Assembly: GCA_041695225.1 (NCBI GenBank)
Contig: JBGFRI010000030.1
Coordinates: 59,025-123,024, forward strand
DNA: 64,000 bases
Source of the DNA: Deinococcota bacterium
GTDB lineage: Bacteria; Deinococcota; Deinococci; Deinococcales; Thermaceae
Reading direction: 5' to 3'
Under the pieces are notes generated by a model, which was given only the letters and a program-made list of their open reading frames with translations, had not been told where the DNA came from and made no database searches. Positions 60,096-64,000 of this stretch are shown in pieces. The position numbers and the translations under genes are program-made. Each line of letters begins with the position of its first letter. Within the stretch, counting starts at the first letter, position 1.

Positions 60096-62523
60096 ACCAC
60101 GGGCATTTCTGGCCAGTCAGCTCGAGGTTTCCGACCTGCGCAACCCTTGTGATGCGAGCCGCCTTCCCTTTCGCAGCACTGCCGAACTACAGCCCCTGTG
60201 GGAGCTACCGGGACAGAAGCGGGCTTCCGGTGCGATTCAGTTTGGCCTGGGGATCCGCCGTGAGGGCTTCAACATGTATGCGCTGGGGCCGGTGGGGATT
60301 GGTAAGCATAGCCTGGTACTGCACTTTACCAAGCAGCAGGCTGCCCAAGACCCAGTTGCCTCCGACTGGGTATATGTCCACAATTTTTCCGAGCCCTATA
60401 AGCCTAAGGCCCTATCGCTTCCCGCTGGGCGGGGTGGAAAGTTCAAAGCCGATATGCAACGCCTGGTGGAAGAGATACGGGTCTCTATACCCGCGGCCTT
60501 CGAGAGCGAAGACTACCGTGCTCGGCGGCAGATTATCGACGACGAGCTAAAGCAAAAACAACAGGCTGTCTTCGATGCCATTCAAAAAGAGGCGCATCTG
60601 CAGGGTATCGCGATTATCCGTACCCCCCTGGGTATGGGGCTGGCCCCAGTGCAGGACAAGGAAATCATTTCACCAGAGGCCTTTGAAAAGCTACCCGAGC
60701 CCGAGCAAAAGCGCTTGCAGAACGCCATGGAACTGTTACACGGCAAGCTCCAGGCCATACTGCAGCAGGCCCCCCAGTGGGAGAGTGAACGGCGCGAGAA
60801 AATCCGCCAGCTCAACCGCGAGGTAGCCCACTACGCAATTGGACATTTGCTGAACGGTGTGCGCAAACACTACCGCGATCTGCCCGGGGTGCAGGAGCAC
60901 CTGCAGATGGTCGAACAAGACCTGATTGAAAATGCCGGGCAGTTCCTGGCCGCGCACGGCGAGCAGGAAAACCCGCTCGAGGTAGCGCTGGGCAAGGGGT
61001 TCTCCGATAGCCGCACCTTCGATCGCTACCGGGTCAACCTGCTGGTAGACCAGTCAGGCTGCCAGGGCGCCCCGGTGATAGAAGAAGACTATCCTTCGCT
61101 GCAAAACCTGGTGGGCCGTATCGAGTATCGCGCGCAACTGGGCAACCTGGTCACCGACTTCTCCCTGATTCGGGCAGGGGCTTTGCATCGGGCGAATGGT
61201 GGCTACCTGGTGCTGGACGTAAGGCGCATCCTACAGCAGCCCTACGCCTGGGAGGAGCTCAAACGGGCCCTGCGAAGTAAGGAGATCCAGATTCGCTCGG
61301 TAATGGATGTGCTGGGCTCATCCAGCACGGTTACCCTGCAACCCCAGCCGATTCCCGTACAGGTCAAAGTGATCCTGATTGGCGACCGCTTGCTCTACTA
61401 CTTGCTGTCCACCTACGACCCCGATTTCCTGGAGCTATTCAAGGTAGCCGCCGACTTTGAAGATACGCTTGACCGCAGTGCTGAAGGAGAACTTGCCCTG
61501 GCCCGGCTGATGGCCTGGCTGGTTCAGCACGAGCAGCTGCGCCCACTCGAGGCTGAGGCGGTGGCGAAGGTTATTGAGCATGGTTCGCGACTGGCCGCGG
61601 ACTCACAGAAGGTCTCGGCGGCGCTCGAGACCCTGCTCGACCTGTTGCGCGAGGGCGATTACTGGGCAGCCCAGGCTGGCAACTCCACCATTACCGCCCG
61701 CGACATTGAACACACCATAGAGCAGCAGACTTACCGGGCCAGCCGGGTCAAGGAGCGCTTGCAGGAGCAGGTGCGGCGGGGGACCCTGCTGGTGGATACC
61801 GCTGGCGCCAGGGTGGGACAGATTAACGGACTCTCAATTTTGCGCCTGGGAAGCTATAGCTTTGGCCACCCCAGCCGCATCACCGCACGGGTGCGGCTGG
61901 GCAAGGGCGAGGTGGTGGATATCGAGCGCGAGGTGGAGATGGGCGGCCCCCTGCACTCCAAAGGGGTGCTGATTCTGGCAGGGTTTTTGGGCGAACGCTA
62001 CGCCCGCGAGCGCCCACTCTCGCTCTCGGTTAGTCTGGTCTTTGAGCAGTCCTATAGCGAGGTAGAGGGGGATAGCGCCTCGATGGCAGAGCTGTGCGCG
62101 GTGCTCTCGGCCCTAACCCAGGTGCCCATCCGCCAGGGAATCGCCATTACCGGCTCGGTCAACCAGCACGGGCAGGCCCAGCCGATCGGGGGTGTGAACG
62201 AAAAAATTGAGGGGTTCTTCGAGGTTTGCCGCGATGCCGGGCTAACCGGCGAACAAGGGGTGATCATTCCCCGGCCCAACGTCAAGCACCTGATGCTGCG
62301 GCAGGAAGTGCTGGAGGCCGTGACCGCGGGGCGGTTCCGGGTCTGGGCGGTGGAGACCGTAGACCAGGCGCTGGCAATTCTTACCGGCCTCGAGGCCGGA
62401 GAACGCGACGCCGATGGGCGTTTCCCCGAGGGTAGCCTGAACGCCAGAGTAGAGGCCCAGCTGGCCGCCTTTACCGAGCAGGCGCGGGCTTTTGCCGCTC
62501 CAACGGAAAGAGGTAATGTATGA
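60088..62523 (+). CDS. Lon-like protease (LonC/AAA_32 type)
   Basis: GQKRA, GPVGIGK, GALHRANGGYL, long coiled-coil insert, FEQSY..VEGDSAS (Ser) and GGVNEKIEGF (Lys). Confidence 0.9.
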   Translation: MPEPRAFLASQLEVSDLRNPCDASRLPFRSTAELQPLWELPGQKRASGAIQFGLGIRREGFNMYALGPVGIGKHSLVLHFTKQQAAQDPVASDWVYVHNFSEPYKPKALSLPAGRGGKFKADMQRLVEEIRVSIPAAFESEDYRARRQIIDDELKQKQQAVFDAIQKEAHLQGIAIIRTPLGMGLAPVQDKEIISPEAFEKLPEPEQKRLQNAMELLHGKLQAILQQAPQWESERREKIRQLNREVAHYAIGHLLNGVRKHYRDLPGVQEHLQMVEQDLIENAGQFLAAHGEQENPLEVALGKGFSDSRTFDRYRVNLLVDQSGCQGAPVIEEDYPSLQNLVGRIEYRAQLGNLVTDFSLIRAGALHRANGGYLVLDVRRILQQPYAWEELKRALRSKEIQIRSVMDVLGSSSTVTLQPQPIPVQVKVILIGDRLLYYLLSTYDPDFLELFKVAADFEDTLDRSAEGELALARLMAWLVQHEQLRPLEAEAVAKVIEHGSRLAADSQKVSAALETLLDLLREGDYWAAQAGNSTITARDIEHTIEQQTYRASRVKERLQEQVRRGTLLVDTAGARVGQINGLSILRLGSYSFGHPSRITARVRLGKGEVVDIEREVEMGGPLHSKGVLILAGFLGERYARERPLSLSVSLVFEQSYSEVEGDSASMAELCAVLSALTQVPIRQGIAITGSVNQHGQAQPIGGVNEKIEGFFEVCRDAGLTGEQGVIIPRPNVKHLMLRQEVLEAVTAGRFRVWAVETVDQALAILTGLEAGERDADGRFPEGSLNARVEAQLAAFTEQARAFAAPTERGNV

Positions 62524-63395
62524 AGCAGATCCGCCGGGTGGTTCTGGCCCAGGATGTGACCAGCCGCGATACCCAGACCATCGTGGCGGCAGTAGAGCTG
62601 GCTGCCAGGCTGAGGGTGCAGGTGCTGGGCCTTTTCCTGGAAGATCCTGGCCTGTTGCGCTGGGCCAGTCTGCCGGTGGCCCGGCAGGTCAGCCCCTGGG
62701 GCAGCGGCCTGGATCGGGAGCGATTTGCCGATCAGCTACGAATCCTTACCACCCAGGCCCAGGCCCAGCTTGAAGAGGTCGCCCGGCGCCTGGGCGTACC
62801 CTGGCAGGCGCAGGTGCTGCGCGGAGCCCTGCAGGAACTGGCCCACGAGACCTCCGACGACCTCTGGATCATCGGTACGACCAGCCGGGTCATGGACTTA
62901 GAGGTGCAGTCGTTCTCGCTGCTGCGCCCGGCTTTGCTACAGGCTGCCAGGCTAGTTCTGTTACTGCCACGCAGCACCGCTTTCCAGCGGCCGCTGGTGG
63001 TGTTGCACGATCAGTCGGCCAGTCTTGCGGCCAGCATCGAGCCCGTTCTGGAGGCTGCGCTGGGCCTGACCCAGACGCCCGCCCAGCCGCTGAGCGTTTT
63101 GATGATCGGAGACCGGACCGAACTGGCTGCCATGGTGCAGGCTTGGCAGGCTAAGCGGAATGTCCTGGTGCGGCCCATCCATCTGAGCTGGGCCGGCATC
63201 GAGGAGCTGGCCAGAGTTGCGGCCCTGGTCGGCTGTGATGTCCTGGTGGTCGGCGCCGATTTGCCGTTGCTGGCAGGGGAGGGCTTTGAGCTTCATGACG
63301 AGGCACCGGGTCAACCACCATCTATTACTCAAACCTGGTCTTTGCTCGAGCGCTTGCTGGCGACCATTCGGCTGCCGGTGCTGGTGGTGCAGTAG
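62520..63395 (+). CDS. Universal-stress-protein-like hypothetical protein
   Basis: RRVVLA.D, AVELAARL...VLGLFLED.. and C-terminal LL....LPVLVV. ATGA overlap with the Lon-like gene. Confidence 0.65.
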   Translation: MKQIRRVVLAQDVTSRDTQTIVAAVELAARLRVQVLGLFLEDPGLLRWASLPVARQVSPWGSGLDRERFADQLRILTTQAQAQLEEVARRLGVPWQAQVLRGALQELAHETSDDLWIIGTTSRVMDLEVQSFSLLRPALLQAARLVLLLPRSTAFQRPLVVLHDQSASLAASIEPVLEAALGLTQTPAQPLSVLMIGDRTELAAMVQAWQAKRNVLVRPIHLSWAGIEELARVAALVGCDVLVVGADLPLLAGEGFELHDEAPGQPPSITQTWSLLERLLATIRLPVLVVQ

Positions 63396-63859
63396 GGCTG
63401 CGGCCAGAAGAGGGCATCCGCGTGCGGCTAAAAGCGGAGCAGTTTTTTGTGCGCGCTGGCGCAGAGGCCAGAAACATGCGGCCCGTCGCAAGCAATACCC
63501 TGAGCGTGTCAGATACCGCAGCTCCAGACGTTTTCCCGACGGCTCACAACAGGATCTGGGTGGCCCGCTTGACTTCGTCCAACTGGGCCGGTGGGAAGCG
63601 AGGTGGCCCCATTCCAATAAACGTTCAGAGGCGGTGGGTTGTTTGTGCTGAAGGCTGACAAACCCCCCTTGGCAGTGTTGCCGCAGGGCGCTACCGTGAG
63701 AGAATAAGCAGGTGGGTCGGCAAAGGCTTTCGGTCTTCCGTCTTTAAGAGTCTTTTTCACCCGGAAAGTCCGTTGAGGCACTTGTTTGACCTGAAAAACT
63801 GTAGTGGCAGGACCGGTAGTAAAGATACAGAGACCGCGAGAGCGGTGCAAGGAGGAGCC

Positions 63860-63883
63860 ATGTATAGCCGCATTCTAATCTGA
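63860..63883 (+). pseudogene. 5' stub of a universal stress protein gene
   Basis: Strong AAGGAGG RBS then MYSRILI*, which resembles the usual UspA start (MY.RIL.P.DGS). Confidence 0.45.
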
Positions 63884-64000
63884 AGTTCCTTTCACTGAAA
63901 GCACGCAAATGTTGATCTGAACAGGAGAACAGGCATAGCCGGGCGAAATAGTGTACCCACGTAACAGCATCGTATAACTTGACAACAACGTCTGTGTGGC

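Overview
GC-rich chromosomal window, most likely from a Thermaceae (Meiothermus-like, phylum Deinococcota) bacterium. The assignment is inferred from Thermus-type narC/dnrS/dnrT, icd and LonC proteins and from frequent leaderless genes. In order, the window holds: the end of a surface-polysaccharide locus (sugar transferase, O-antigen ligase-like protein, Wzz, manC, manB); an AT-richer island at about 7.1-9.4 kb with MNT/HEPN toxin-antitoxin genes, a 364-bp direct repeat and three related ~80-bp hairpins, one of which has integron attC-like architecture; prs, preceded by four tandem copies of its own -10 box and start region; an M24 peptidase, an IscA-like protein, a peptide ABC transporter with two binding proteins, and truA; a complete Thermus-type nitrate-respiration cluster (narC-G-H-J-I plus two NarK transporters) with divergent dnrS-dnrT and decayed accessory genes; then ppc, rpmI-rplT, icd, nnr, cobB, rfbA, sufS, sucCD, an aldehyde dehydrogenase, a LonC-like protease and USP-like remnants. 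Intergenic DNA is heavily colonised by at least three small repeat families, one of which has inserted in frame into dnrS. The best candidate for an undescribed system is the cassette-like MNT/HEPN array. Other leads are the amplified prs promoter, a multi-hairpin element after icd, and a SARP-type heptamer repeat plus a small conserved ORF heading the nar operon. No rRNA, tRNA or CRISPR array was seen. All product calls come from motif recognition by eye; no database search was run.
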